Made by a program: the position numbers and the translations under genes
Source: an uncultured Actinomycetes bacterium
GTDB lineage: Bacteria; Actinomycetota; Thermoleophilia; UBA2241
Length of the DNA stretch: 64,000 nt
Direction: 5' to 3'
Assembly: GCA_963767005.1 (NCBI GenBank)
Contig: CAVYCN010000003.1
Coordinates: 224,001-288,000, forward strand
Notes under the pieces: generated by a model
The model's input: only the letters and a program-made list of their open reading frames with translations
The model's database searches: none
Told to the model about the DNA's origin: nothing
Shown: piece after piece, positions 1 to 10,004 of the stretch
Layout of the letters: the number at the start of each line of letters is the position of its first letter
How positions within the stretch are numbered: position 1 is the stretch's first letter

Positions 1-141
1 TTCGGTGGGCAGGCCGGGCTCGCCGGCGTGGGCCGCGAGCCAGGCGAGACCCTCGTCGGTGCCGGCGAGGGTGCGCGGGCGGCGCTTCGCGCCGCCCGCG
101 CAGGCCAGGCGCACGACCTGACGACCGTACAGCCAGTCCAC
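1..141 (-). CDS. Probable 23S rRNA methyltransferase RlmB/TrmH family, 5' part only (runs off window)
   Basis: GTG at 141 gives MDWLYGRQVVRLA..., resembling the RlmB N-terminal 'YGR..V' motif; lies directly downstream of cysS, a common synteny. Confidence 0.5.
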   Translation of the reverse strand, partial: MDWLYGRQVVRLACAGGAKRRPRTLAGTDEGLAWLAAHAGEPGLPTE

Positions 142-154
142 GACTAGGCGCTCC

Positions 155-192
155 ACGAAGTCAAGCCCACCTGAGCGATGACGACGAAGTCG
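155..192. repeat. Dispersed 38-bp intergenic element, copy 1
   Basis: ACGAAGTCA-N7-CTGAGCG-N2-GACGACGAAGTCG; inverted copy at 49038-49075, 31/38 identical. Confidence 0.6.
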
Positions 193-201
193 CTCATCGG
201 C

Positions 202-1749
202 CTAGCTCTTGCGCAGCACCTGCGTGCCGGCCGGGGTGTCGCGCACCTCGAAACCGGCCGCCTCGATGCGCGCGCGCAGCTCGTCGGCCTGAGACCAGTC
301 CTTGGCCGCCCGCGCGTGGTCGCGCAGCAGGCAGGCGTAGGTCGCGTCGGCGCAGGCCAGGCGCTCGTCGACGAGCTCGGCCATGTCGTCCCAGCGCTCC
401 TCGGCGGCCAGGCGCGCGGCCGGCGGCAGCGGCACGACTTCGGTCACGCAGACTTCGCCGTCGGTGGCGGCCACGGGCACCGCGGCCGGCGCCTCGTCGG
501 GCAGCGTGATGCAGAGGTCGTCGAGGCATTCGACGAGCAAGTCCTCGACGTCTTCGAGCACCGCCGGCTCGACGGCGTGACGGGCGTGATCGGCCGCGCT
601 CACGTAGCGGAACAGCTCGCGGCCCAGGCCGAACAGCTCGCCGAGCGCGCCGGCCGTGTTCAGGTCGTCGTCCATGTGCTCGGCGAAGGCCTCGCGGGCG
701 CGCGTGAGCGCCGCGGCGAGCTCGGCCGGGTCGTGCGTGTCGCCCTGACCCGGGTTGTCGGCGCGAAAGCCGGCCGTGCGCACCGCCTCGACGAGGCGGC
801 CGTAGGCGGCCGCGGCCTCGTCGAGCTTCTCGAGCGAGAACTCGAGCGGGCTGCGGTAGTGCGTCGTCAGGAAGTAGGTGAGCACGACCGGCGCCGGGTA
901 GCGGTCGAGCACCTCGCGCAGCAGGAAGATGTTGCCCACCGACTTGGCCATCTTCTCGCCGCTCGCGCGGATCATGCCGTTGTGCATCCAGATGCGGGCG
1001 AAGGGCATGCCGGCCGCCTCGGCCTGGGCGATCTCGTTCTCGTGGTGCGGGAAGATGAGGTCGCGCCCGCCGCCGTGGATGTCGAAGCCGGCGCCCAGAT
1101 AGCGCAGGCCCATCGCCGAGCACTCGATGTGCCAGCCGGGCCGGCCGAGGCCCCAGGGGCTCTCCCACAGGTGGTCGCGCTCACCGGGCTTGGCGGCCTT
1201 CCAGACGGCGAAGTCGAGCGGGTCCTCTTTGCCCGGCTCGGCTTCGACCCGGGCCTCCTCGCCGAGCTCGTCGATGCGCTGCTTGGAGAGCTTGCCGTAC
1301 TCGGGGAAGCTGCGCACCCGAAAGTAGACGCTGCCCTGCGCCTCGTAGGCGTGGCCGGCGGCGATGAGCTGGCAGACGAGGTCGACGATCTCGGGGATCG
1401 TCTCGCTGGCGAGCGGCTCGACGTCGGGCCGCGGCACGCCGAGCCGGTCGGTGTCGTCGACGTAGGCCTGGGCGTACTCGGCGGCGACGGCGATCGGCGA
1501 GCGCCCCTCGGCGTCGGCCTTGGCGTTGATCTTGTCGTTCACGTCGGTGACGTTCTCGACGAGCGTGACCGCGAAGCCGCGGGCGACGAGCCAGGAGCGC
1601 AGCACGGCGAAGACGACGTAGGGCCGGGCGTTGCCGACGTGGACGAGGTTGTAGACCGTGGGGCCGCACGCGTAGATGCCGACCTTGCCCTCGTCGCGCG
1701 GCACGAGCTCCTCTTTGCGCTGGGTGAGTGAGTTGAAGAGCCTGATCAC
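202..1749 (-). CDS. cysS: Cysteine--tRNA ligase
   Basis: [37 protein letters not shown] and KMAKS motifs; TAG stop. Confidence 0.97.
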   Translation of the reverse strand: MIRLFNSLTQRKEELVPRDEGKVGIYACGPTVYNLVHVGNARPYVVFAVLRSWLVARGFAVTLVENVTDVNDKINAKADAEGRSPIAVAAEYAQAYVDDTDRLGVPRPDVEPLASETIPEIVDLVCQLIAAGHAYEAQGSVYFRVRSFPEYGKLSKQRIDELGEEARVEAEPGKEDPLDFAVWKAAKPGERDHLWESPWGLGRPGWHIECSAMGLRYLGAGFDIHGGGRDLIFPHHENEIAQAEAAGMPFARIWMHNGMIRASGEKMAKSVGNIFLLREVLDRYPAPVVLTYFLTTHYRSPLEFSLEKLDEAAAAYGRLVEAVRTAGFRADNPGQGDTHDPAELAAALTRAREAFAEHMDDDLNTAGALGELFGLGRELFRYVSAADHARHAVEPAVLEDVEDLLVECLDDLCITLPDEAPAAVPVAATDGEVCVTEVVPLPPAARLAAEERWDDMAELVDERLACADATYACLLRDHARAAKDWSQADELRARIEAAGFEVRDTPAGTQVLRKS

Positions 1750-1761
1750 GGTCGGTCTCCT

Positions 1762-3183
1762 TTAAGTCGAGGCGGTCGCTGCGGCGAGACGCGCGAGCGT
1801 CTCGCCGCCGTCGATGGCGGCGAGGACGTAGTGCAGCTCGGGGCCGTGCTCGCGGCCGGTCAGGACCCGGCGCAGCGGCATGAGCAGGTCGCGCGGGGTC
1901 CAGCCCCGCTCCTTGCCCAGACGGCGATACTCGCCGAGCAGCTCGCGAGCGACGTCGGGCGCGAGCCAGGGCGCCGGCGCGGCGCGACGCAGCCCGGCGA
2001 AGAGCTCAAGCCGCTCGCCGGCGTCGGCGGCGATGCGCCGCGCCTCGGCGTCGAGCGCGGGCCGTTCGAGCACGGCGGCGGCGAGCTCGGGCACCTGACC
2101 GTAGCGCTCGAGCGACGGCTTGAAGGCGGCGGCGAGCGCGCGGACGGCCGGCGCCGGGGCGCCGGCCAGACGCTCGCCCACCAGGCGCTCGTGCTCGGCG
2201 TCGTCGAGCGTCATGATCCAGCGATGGTTCAGCCAGTCGAGCTTGGCCAGGTCGAACACGGCCGGGCTGGCCGCCAGCGCCGCGAGGTCGAAGTCGGCGA
2301 CGAGCCGCTCGAGGCCGAGGATCTCGTCGTCGCCGTGCGACCACGACAGCAGGGCCAGGTAGTTGACGACCGCCTGGGGCAGGTAGCCGAGCGCCCGGTA
2401 CTCGCCCACCGCGGTCGCGCCGTGGCGCTTGGAGAGCTTGCCGCCGTCCGGCGCGAGGATCATCGAGTGGTGGGCGTAGACCGGCGCCGGCGCGTCGGGC
2501 CACAGGCTGCGCCGCAGCAGCTCCTGGCGGGCGGTGTTGGTGAGGTGGTCGTCGCCGCGGATGACGTGGCTGATGGCCATCGCGCCGTCGTCGACGACCG
2601 CCGCGAAGTTGTAGCTCGGCATGCCGTCGGAGCGCAGGATGATGAAGTCGCCGATCGCGTCGCCACCGATGGTGATCGGCCCGCGGATGGCGTCGTCGAA
2701 GCGCACCTCGCCGGCCGGCACGGCAAAGCGCAGCGCGGCGCGCTCGCCGGCGGCCAGGCGGCGCTCGACCTCGCCCTTCTCGAGCGCGCGGCAGCGGCCA
2801 TCGTAGCGCGGCGGCCGGCCGCTCGCCAGGGCCGCCTCGCGCAGCGCGTCGAGACGCTCCTGGCTGCAGAGGCAGGGGTAGGCGAGGCCGGCGGCCAGCA
2901 GGTGATCGGCCGCAACCCGGTAGCCCGGTGCGCGCTCGGCCTGACGGTAGGGGCCGAACGGGCCGCCCACGTCGGGCCCCTCGTCCCAGCCCAAGCCGAG
3001 CCAGGCGAGGTCGTCGAGGATGGCTCGCTCGAAGCGCTCCTCTGAGCGCGCCGTGTCGGTGTCCTCGATGCGCACGACGAAGCGGCCGCCCCAGTGGCGC
3101 GCCATGAGGAAGTTGTAGAGCGCGGTCCGTGCGGTGCCGATATGAAGCGAGCCCGTGGGGCTCGGCGCGAAGCGGACTCTCAC
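1762..3183 (-). CDS. gltX: Glutamate--tRNA ligase
   Basis: RVRFAPSPTGSLHIG, RIEDTD, VIRGDDH, KLSKRHG; start approximate (GTG 3183). Confidence 0.95.
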   Translation of the reverse strand: MRVRFAPSPTGSLHIGTARTALYNFLMARHWGGRFVVRIEDTDTARSEERFERAILDDLAWLGLGWDEGPDVGGPFGPYRQAERAPGYRVAADHLLAAGLAYPCLCSQERLDALREAALASGRPPRYDGRCRALEKGEVERRLAAGERAALRFAVPAGEVRFDDAIRGPITIGGDAIGDFIILRSDGMPSYNFAAVVDDGAMAISHVIRGDDHLTNTARQELLRRSLWPDAPAPVYAHHSMILAPDGGKLSKRHGATAVGEYRALGYLPQAVVNYLALLSWSHGDDEILGLERLVADFDLAALAASPAVFDLAKLDWLNHRWIMTLDDAEHERLVGERLAGAPAPAVRALAAAFKPSLERYGQVPELAAAVLERPALDAEARRIAADAGERLELFAGLRRAAPAPWLAPDVARELLGEYRRLGKERGWTPRDLLMPLRRVLTGREHGPELHYVLAAIDGGETLARLAAATAST

Positions 3184-3332
3184 CGTCTGGTCGAAGCTTA
3201 TCGTTCTGCCCCCGTGCTGGTCGGGACCACCGTATCCGAGTCTACCACCGCCTCCGTCCGGAGGGCGCGTACGGCGTGGCGGCCGGGAGCGCGTACGGTG
3301 CCGGCAGCCGGTGATACACTCAAGCGCTCGAG

Positions 3333-4841
3333 GTGACCAGCGCCCCACGGGAGCCCCGCATCGTGAGAAAGCAAGCGCAGACGAGCGGCCAGCAGGCGAC
3401 CCCCTACGTCGACGCCCTGCTCGCCTACCGCGCGCGCGGCTTCGTGCCCTTCCACACGCCCGGTCACAAGCTCGGCAAGGGCGCGCCCGACGTCATGCGC
3501 GAGGCCTTCGGCGAAGACCTGCTCGCGGTCGACGTCGCGATGGCCGGCGGGGTCGAGGACACGCGCGAGTCGACCGCCCTCGTGCGCGCCGCCGAGGACC
3601 TCGCCGCCGCGGCCTGGGGCGGCGAGCGCTGCTTCTTCTTGGTGAACGGCTCGACGAGCGGCGTCCACGCCCTGCTGCTGGCTCTCGCCGGGCCCGGCGA
3701 GAGCGTCATCCTGCCACGCAACGCGCACAAGTCCGTGCAGGCCGCCCTCATCTTCTCGGGCGCCGTGCCGCACTACGTCGAGCCGGTCATCGACCCGGTC
3801 TGGGGCATTCCCCTGAACGTGCCGGCCGAGGCCGTCGCGGCGACGGTCGCCGCCCACCCCGAGGCCCGGGCGGTGCTCGTCGTCTCGCCCTCGAGCAACG
3901 GCGTCTGCGCCGCCGTCGAGGCGATCGCCGCCTGCGCCCACGGCGCCGGCCTGCCGCTCGTCGTCGACCAAGCCTGGGGGCCGCACCTGCGCTTCTGCAG
4001 CCGCCTGCCGCTCGACGCCATGTCGGCCGGCGCCGACGCCATGGTGGCGAGCACGCACAAGCTGATCAGCGGCATCACGCAGTCGTCGGTCCTCGTCGCC
4101 GGGGGCGAGCGCGTCCGCCTGCACCGCCTCGAGAGCGTGATCAAGATGACCCAGAGTACGAGCCCGCAGGTGCTGATCTACGCCTCGATCGACGCCGCCC
4201 GGGCGCAGATGGCGACGCACGGCGAGGAGCTCTGGTCGCGGGCGGTCGACAACGCGGGCTGGCTGCGCGAGCGCCTGGCCGCGTTGCCCGGGGTGCGCGT
4301 ACTCGGCGAAGAGGTGCTCGAGCGCCCCGGCGTCGCCGACCTCGACCGCACACGCGTGACCGTGTCGGCCTGCGACCTCGGTCTGACCGGCTACGAGCTC
4401 GAGACGGCGCTGCGCGACGGCTACGGCATGGCCGTCGAGGCGGCCGACCCGCTCAACGTGCTGCTCAACGTCACCTACGGCGACTCGCGCGACGACGTCG
4501 CCGGCTTTCTCTCGGCCATGACCGACCTGGCCGCCAGGCGCCGCGACGCCGGCGCGGTGCGATGCGCGACGCCGCTCGCCGCCTGGCCGCGCTTTCCGCG
4601 CCAGGTCATGACCCCGCGTGACGCCTTCTTCGCGCCCTCCGAGGCCGTGCCGGTGGCGCAGGCAGTCGGCCGAGTGAGCGCCGAGCTCGTCGCCCCCTAC
4701 CCGCCGGGCATCCCCGTCGTGGCTCCCGGCGAGGAGGTCTCCGACGAGATCGCGGCGTACCTTGCCGAGGCCGCGACCCGCGGCATGCACGTGCACGGCC
4801 CCGAAGACCTCACCCTCGAGACGCTGCGCGTCGTGAGCTGA
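3333..4841 (+). CDS. PLP-dependent Lys/Orn/Arg decarboxylase family protein
   Basis: FHTPGHK, VNGST, RNAHKS, STHK (PLP lysine), STSP, PYPPGIP; start could be the GTG at 3363. Confidence 0.9.
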   Translation: MTSAPREPRIVRKQAQTSGQQATPYVDALLAYRARGFVPFHTPGHKLGKGAPDVMREAFGEDLLAVDVAMAGGVEDTRESTALVRAAEDLAAAAWGGERCFFLVNGSTSGVHALLLALAGPGESVILPRNAHKSVQAALIFSGAVPHYVEPVIDPVWGIPLNVPAEAVAATVAAHPEARAVLVVSPSSNGVCAAVEAIAACAHGAGLPLVVDQAWGPHLRFCSRLPLDAMSAGADAMVASTHKLISGITQSSVLVAGGERVRLHRLESVIKMTQSTSPQVLIYASIDAARAQMATHGEELWSRAVDNAGWLRERLAALPGVRVLGEEVLERPGVADLDRTRVTVSACDLGLTGYELETALRDGYGMAVEAADPLNVLLNVTYGDSRDDVAGFLSAMTDLAARRRDAGAVRCATPLAAWPRFPRQVMTPRDAFFAPSEAVPVAQAVGRVSAELVAPYPPGIPVVAPGEEVSDEIAAYLAEAATRGMHVHGPEDLTLETLRVVS

Positions 4842-4852
4842 GGGGGCGCGAA

Positions 4853-5503
4853 GTGCGCCGCTCGTCTGGATCCGGCCGTCAAGCGCGGCGCGCCGCCCCG
4901 CCGGCCGGCGCGCCGACGACCGGGCCGCGCCCACGCCACGCGGCGCTTGCGACGGCCCTGGCCGGCGTCGCCCTGGCGGCCTGCCTCGTGCTGGGGGCCG
5001 GTTGCGGCGCCCACGCCGCGACCGGCCCCCAGCACTACCGCGACGCGACGTTCGGCGTGTCGCTCACGGTCGCCGGCCGCCTGCCGCAGTGGCGCACGAC
5101 CACGACCGGCGGCGCCTTCGAGGTGTCGTTCGTCGATCCGGCCGGCGCCGTGGCGCAAGGCCGCCACCTCGACGCGCTCACCCTGTCGCTCGTCGACACC
5201 GGCACCATGCCGACCGGCGCCACCCAGTTCGCGAGCGCGCTGCGCGGCCTGGGCACGGCGATGGTCGCCAAGCTCGGCACGCAGGCGCAGGCCGGCACGG
5301 CGAGCGACGTGGCGCTCAACGGCCTGTCCGGGGTCGTCGTGCCCTACGCCGCCACGGTCTCGGGCCGGCAGGTGGTGGGCTGGCTGTACCTGCTCGCCTC
5401 GTCGGGCCGCATCTACGCGATCACCGCGCAAGCCACGACCGACCGCTGGAGCTTCTACCGGCCGCTGTTCAGCCGGGCGATCGCCTCGTTCCGGGTGAGC
5501 TGA
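4853..5503 (+). CDS. Hypothetical exported lipoprotein (possibly PsbP/DcrB-like fold)
   Basis: Hydrophobic signal ending LGAGC; C-terminal 'YAITAQA...F...IASFRV' pattern. Confidence 0.55.
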   Translation: MRRSSGSGRQARRAAPPAGAPTTGPRPRHAALATALAGVALAACLVLGAGCGAHAATGPQHYRDATFGVSLTVAGRLPQWRTTTTGGAFEVSFVDPAGAVAQGRHLDALTLSLVDTGTMPTGATQFASALRGLGTAMVAKLGTQAQAGTASDVALNGLSGVVVPYAATVSGRQVVGWLYLLASSGRIYAITAQATTDRWSFYRPLFSRAIASFRVS

Positions 5504-5516
5504 CCGCGGCCGGCGT

Positions 5517-5568
5517 GCGCCGACGCCGCCGGCCGCGCCGACGCCGCCGGGCGCGCCGACGCGGCGGC
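5517..5568. repeat. About 3 copies of an 18-bp GC-rich tandem repeat between convergent genes
   Basis: GCGCCGACGCCGCCGG(CC/GC) at 5517, 5535 and (degenerate) 5553. Confidence 0.5.
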
Positions 5569-5601
5569 GCAGGCAGCGCGCGAGTCGGCCCGACGGGACC
5601 C

Positions 5602-6126
5602 TCAGACCTTGATGCCCAGACCGCTCGCGGTGAAGAGGGGGTCGAGCCGCACGCCCTCGGCGGCGAAGGCCGCCGCGCCGCCCTGCTCGCGGTCGACCAC
5701 GCAGAGCACGCCGCGCACCTCGAGGCCCGCTTCGCGCAGCACGCGCACGGCCTGCAGGGCCGCGCCCCCCGACGTGACGATGTCCTCGACCACGACCACG
5801 CCCTGGCCGGCCTCGGCGCGGCCCTCGAGCAGGCGCTTGGTGCCATAGTCCTTCTCGGCCTTACGGACGATGACGAACGGCTTCTCGGCGACGAGCGAGA
5901 GGGCGGCGACCAGGGCGACGGCGCCGAGCTCGGGCCCCGCGAGCAGGTCGAACGGCCCGCAGGCGGGCAGGCGCTCGGCCAGTCCGGCGGCGAGGTCGCG
6001 CAGCAGGTCGGGACGCGTCTCGAACAGGTACTTGTCGAGGTAGTACCTGCTCCGCGCGCCCGAGCGCAGCACGAAGTCGCCCTCGAGGTAGCTGGCCGCA
6101 AGCAGCCGGTCGCCGAGCTCGCTCAC
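5602..6126 (-). CDS. pyrE: Orotate phosphoribosyltransferase
   Basis: GDFVLRSGARSRYYLDK, RKAEKDYG, PRPP motif VVVEDIVTSGG. Confidence 0.93.
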   Translation of the reverse strand: MSELGDRLLAASYLEGDFVLRSGARSRYYLDKYLFETRPDLLRDLAAGLAERLPACGPFDLLAGPELGAVALVAALSLVAEKPFVIVRKAEKDYGTKRLLEGRAEAGQGVVVVEDIVTSGGAALQAVRVLREAGLEVRGVLCVVDREQGGAAAFAAEGVRLDPLFTASGLGIKV

Positions 6127-6241
6127 GATGGTGCCCCCTGTCCGTCAACTAGACTGCGTCGTTGCCGCGCATGCTGGCGCGACTTCGTCGCGCCGCTCGC
6201 GGGCGCGCCGCGCTTGCCTGCCCCGTGCGAGGGCGGCGCCG

Positions 6242-7582
6242 TCAGGCGCCGCCGATCGACACCCCTTCGATCACGACCGAGGGCGTGAGGATGCTGCCGC
6301 TCGGCACCCAGCGGGCGTCGTCGCCCAGCGCCACGATGCTGCGCAGCATCGACACGATGTCGCCGGCCATGGTGACCTCGTGCACCGCCGCGCCCACGCG
6401 GCCGCCCTCGATCAGCAGGCCGCTGATGCCCACCGAGAACTCGCCCGAGACCGGGTTCGCGCCCGAGTGGATGCCGATGGCGTTGGTCACGAGCACGCCG
6501 TGGTCGATCGCGCCGATCAGGTCGGCGAGCGGCGTCGTGGGGCCCGACAGCACCAGGTTGGTCGTGCCCACGCCCGGCGTCGTCTGATACGAGCCGCGCA
6601 CGCCGTTGCCGGTCGACCGGCGACCCTCGCGATGCGCCGTCTTCACGTTGTAGAGAAAGCCCGACAGGACGCCGCCGGCAAGCAGCGGCGTGCGCCCGCA
6701 GGGCACACCCTCGCCGTCGAACGGCGCACTCGCCAGGCCGTCGGGGTGGATGCCGTCGTCGGTCAGGGTGACGACCGACCCGGCCACCTGCTCGCCGACC
6801 CGGCCGGCGAACAGCGACCGGCCCTTCTGCACGGCCTCGGCCGTGAGCGCGGCCGACAGCACACCGAAGAACGACGCCGACACGAACGGGTCGAGCACCA
6901 CCGTCGTCCTGGTCGTCTGTGCCTTGGTGGCGCCGAGCTGGCGCACCGCGCGCATGGCGGCCTCGGCGCCGCAGCCCGCCGGGTCGAGATCGGCCGGCTT
7001 GCGCGCCACGGTGAACGACAGGCCGGTCTCGATCTGCTCGTCCTGCTCGGCGAGCACGTAGGCGTAGGCGTAGCAGTGACCCTCGCGGTACTGGCCGCGC
7101 ACGCCGGTCGAGCTCGCGAGGAACACCTGCGCGTCGCCGTCGGCGTACACCGCCTCGTCGACCGACTTGACCCGCGGGTCGGCGTCGAGAGCGGCCCGCT
7201 CGGCGGCGAGGGCGAGCTCGATGCGCTGCTCGTCGGTCGCTTCGTCCAAGCCCGGGTCGAACACGTCGACGCGGGCCGGCTCGTCGCCCGGCTCGGGCAG
7301 CACCGCGTCGGGGTCGTGGTCGGCCACGCCGGCGTTGCCGAGCGCGGTCGCGACGACCTCGCCGAGCGACGCCTCGGACAGGTCGGAGGTGTAGGCGTAG
7401 CCGACCGAGCCGTCCTGGACGACGCGCAGGCCGAGGCCCTTGCGCCGCGCCGAGGTGAGCTCCTCGACGGCGCCGCGGAACACCTTGACGCGCCGTGACA
7501 CGCTCTGCTCGGCGTACACCTCGGCCGCGCGCGCGCCACGCGCCAGCGCGAGCTCGAGGAGCCTGTCGACGGCCTCGTTCAC
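6242..7582 (-). CDS. pmbA: TldE/PmbA family protein
   Basis: GLGLRV...GYAYT, FDGEG, STGN, SGEFS; GTG start overlaps the tldD stop (GTGA). Confidence 0.88.
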   Translation of the reverse strand: MNEAVDRLLELALARGARAAEVYAEQSVSRRVKVFRGAVEELTSARRKGLGLRVVQDGSVGYAYTSDLSEASLGEVVATALGNAGVADHDPDAVLPEPGDEPARVDVFDPGLDEATDEQRIELALAAERAALDADPRVKSVDEAVYADGDAQVFLASSTGVRGQYREGHCYAYAYVLAEQDEQIETGLSFTVARKPADLDPAGCGAEAAMRAVRQLGATKAQTTRTTVVLDPFVSASFFGVLSAALTAEAVQKGRSLFAGRVGEQVAGSVVTLTDDGIHPDGLASAPFDGEGVPCGRTPLLAGGVLSGFLYNVKTAHREGRRSTGNGVRGSYQTTPGVGTTNLVLSGPTTPLADLIGAIDHGVLVTNAIGIHSGANPVSGEFSVGISGLLIEGGRVGAAVHEVTMAGDIVSMLRSIVALGDDARWVPSGSILTPSVVIEGVSIGGA

Positions 7583-8982
7583 GAGGCGGTGCCGCCCACC
7601 GTCATCGCGGCGATGCGCAGGGTCGCCTGGCCGGTGCCGACCGGCACGCTCTGGCCGTCCTTGCCGCAGATCCCCGACTTCACCTCGAAGTCGGCGCCGA
7701 TCATGTCGATGCTCTTGAGGATGTCGATGCCGCTCCCGACGAGCGTCGCGCCACGCAGTGGCGTCGTTACGCGGCCGTGCTCGATCAGGTAGCCCTCGGC
7801 CACGCCGAAGACGAAGTTGCCGCTCGCCGGCTCGACCTGGCCGCCGGCCAGCGTCTTTGCGTAGAAGCCGTGGTCGGTGGCGGCGATGATGTCGTCGGCG
7901 GTCGCCGCGCCGGCCGCGATGCAGGTCGTCGTCATGCGCGGGATCGGCACGTGGCGGAACGACTGCCGGCGGCCGTTGCCCGTCTGCGCCGCGCCGGCCT
8001 CGCGGGCACGCAGGCCGTCGTAGAGGAAGCCGGTCAGGCGACCCTCCTCGATCACGACCGTGTGTTGCGTGGGCGCGCCCTCGTCGTCGACCGCCGCCGA
8101 GCCCCATTCGCCGGGGATGCTCCCGTCGTCGAAGGCGCTGACGATCGGGGCGGCGACGACCTCGCCGATCCTGCCCTGGTAGATGCTCGAGCCCTTGGCG
8201 ATGCCGTCGGCCTCGAGGCCGTGGCCGCAGGCCTCGTGGAACAGCGTGCCGCCAAAACCGTTGCCCATGACGACGGCCATGGGGCCGGTCGGCGCCGGCC
8301 GGGCGTCGAGCATGGTGACCGCCTTGTGCGCGGCGGCGCGCGCCATGTCCTGGGCGATCGTCTCGTCGATGATCTCGAAGCCCAGGCTCTTGCCCAGGCT
8401 CTCGTAGCCGGTCTGGATCACGCCGTCGCGGCGCGCCACGGCGTTCACCGTAAAGCGCACGCGCGTGCGGTCGTCGGCGACGTAGGCGCCCAATGAGTTT
8501 GCGACCAGCACGCGCTGCCGGCTTTCGAGGTAGCCGGCCATGACCTGGACGACGGCGGGGCTCATAGCGCGGGCCGCCTCGTCGGCGGCCCGCAGCAGCC
8601 CCGCCTTGACGGCGGTCGCAACCGACGGCGGCGGCACCAGCACCGGCGCCGTCGGCAGGCTCGCTTGGACCGGACCGAGCTCGACGACGCGGCCGGCGCC
8701 GCCTCCGCCGCGCAGCGCGGCCGCGACGGCGTCGGCGGCGCGCTCGAGGTCGGCCTCGGAGATGTCGTCGGCGTAGGAGTAGTAGGTGCGGTCGCCGCTC
8801 GTCAGGCGCACGCCGAAGCCCGCCTCGCGGCCGCCGGCGGCGCGTTCGACGCGGGCGTCCTCGAGCGACAGGCCGAGCGAGCCGCGGTCCTCGACGAACA
8901 CCTCGGCGAAGTCGCCGCCGTGGCGCAGAGCGCGCCGAATCGTGGCGTCGAGCAGGTCCTTGGACAGGTCGTCGAGCTGCAT
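7579..8982 (-). CDS. tldD: TldD metalloprotease
   Basis: HEACGHGLEAD, DDEG, GNGRRQS..PIPRMT, CGKDGQSVPV. Confidence 0.93.
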   Translation of the reverse strand: MQLDDLSKDLLDATIRRALRHGGDFAEVFVEDRGSLGLSLEDARVERAAGGREAGFGVRLTSGDRTYYSYADDISEADLERAADAVAAALRGGGGAGRVVELGPVQASLPTAPVLVPPPSVATAVKAGLLRAADEAARAMSPAVVQVMAGYLESRQRVLVANSLGAYVADDRTRVRFTVNAVARRDGVIQTGYESLGKSLGFEIIDETIAQDMARAAAHKAVTMLDARPAPTGPMAVVMGNGFGGTLFHEACGHGLEADGIAKGSSIYQGRIGEVVAAPIVSAFDDGSIPGEWGSAAVDDEGAPTQHTVVIEEGRLTGFLYDGLRAREAGAAQTGNGRRQSFRHVPIPRMTTTCIAAGAATADDIIAATDHGFYAKTLAGGQVEPASGNFVFGVAEGYLIEHGRVTTPLRGATLVGSGIDILKSIDMIGADFEVKSGICGKDGQSVPVGTGQATLRIAAMTVGGTAS

Positions 8983-9094
8983 CAGATGGTCATTCCCCGC
9001 AGGCGAGGGTCCCGTAAACGGAACGTACTGTACCACGCGCAGGAGGCACGGCGCGGCCGGGCGTCACGGCACCCGGGCCGGCGCTCCCGGAGGC

Positions 9095-9790
9095 TCACCC
9101 GAACAGGATGCGCAGCCGGCAGCGGTCGTCGCCGCGACTGATCGCCGACGAGGCCTCGAGGGCGGCGGCGCTGCCGGTCTCGGCGAGACGCCCGATGAAC
9201 CCTTCGAGGAAGGCGCGGTGCATGACGCACACGAGGTCGGGCTGGGCCGACGAGAGCTCCTTGAAGATGCAGTTGCGCACGTCGAGGGCCAGCACGTCGT
9301 CGTCCCAGCTCACCTGGGGCAGCATGCCGACCTCTTCGCCGACCTCGACGATGGCCGTGACGAGCTCGTCGCGGCCGCCGCGGCGAAAGTCGGGGTGGTC
9401 GGTGGCGTAGGCCACGGCCGCGTCGTCGCCCGCCACCCGGCACACGGCCGCCACCCGCTCGAGGTCGCCCGCCTCGGCGAGCGCCCTGAGCGCGAGGTCG
9501 GCGAGCACGTCGTAGCGGCGCGGCGGCAGCGACAGCGACGAGACCGTGTCGCTCAGCCGGTACAGCCGGGCCGGCCTGCCGCCCGAGCCGTCCTTGCGCA
9601 GCGCGGTCTCGAGCAGACCGGCCTGCTCGAGCTTGCCGAGGTGCATGCGCGCCACGTTGGGGTGCAGGCCGAACCGCTCGGCGACCTCGGCCACGGTCAC
9701 CTGGTCGTGCGGCCGTTCGACGATCGAGCGGTAGATGCCGTAGCGCGTGCCGTCGGCGAGGACGGCCGTGAGTCTCTGTTGGCGGTCCAC
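9095..9790 (-). CDS. ArsR-like HTH transcriptional regulator with Cys-containing C-terminal domain
   Basis: VAEVAERFGLHPNVARMHLGKL, GRPARLY, RNCIF...VCVMH...C. Confidence 0.8.
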   Translation of the reverse strand: MDRQQRLTAVLADGTRYGIYRSIVERPHDQVTVAEVAERFGLHPNVARMHLGKLEQAGLLETALRKDGSGGRPARLYRLSDTVSSLSLPPRRYDVLADLALRALAEAGDLERVAAVCRVAGDDAAVAYATDHPDFRRGGRDELVTAIVEVGEEVGMLPQVSWDDDVLALDVRNCIFKELSSAQPDLVCVMHRAFLEGFIGRLAETGSAAALEASSAISRGDDRCRLRILFG

Positions 9791-10004
9791 GGGCCCCTTT
9801 CGTTTCGCCCTGCCATCGTACTGGAAACGGGTGGGGGTAACAACGGTGCCAACAGTGGGAACGCCGGCGACCGCCGGCCGACCCGCCGCTGGCCGTTGGG
9901 CCGCGCCCGCCCCATGAGCTAGACTGCCAGGGCGTCAGACCGGCCACGACGACCTCGGAGGAGCTCGCCATGATCCATCTCGCCCCGCGGCCCTCCGCGC
10001 AACG

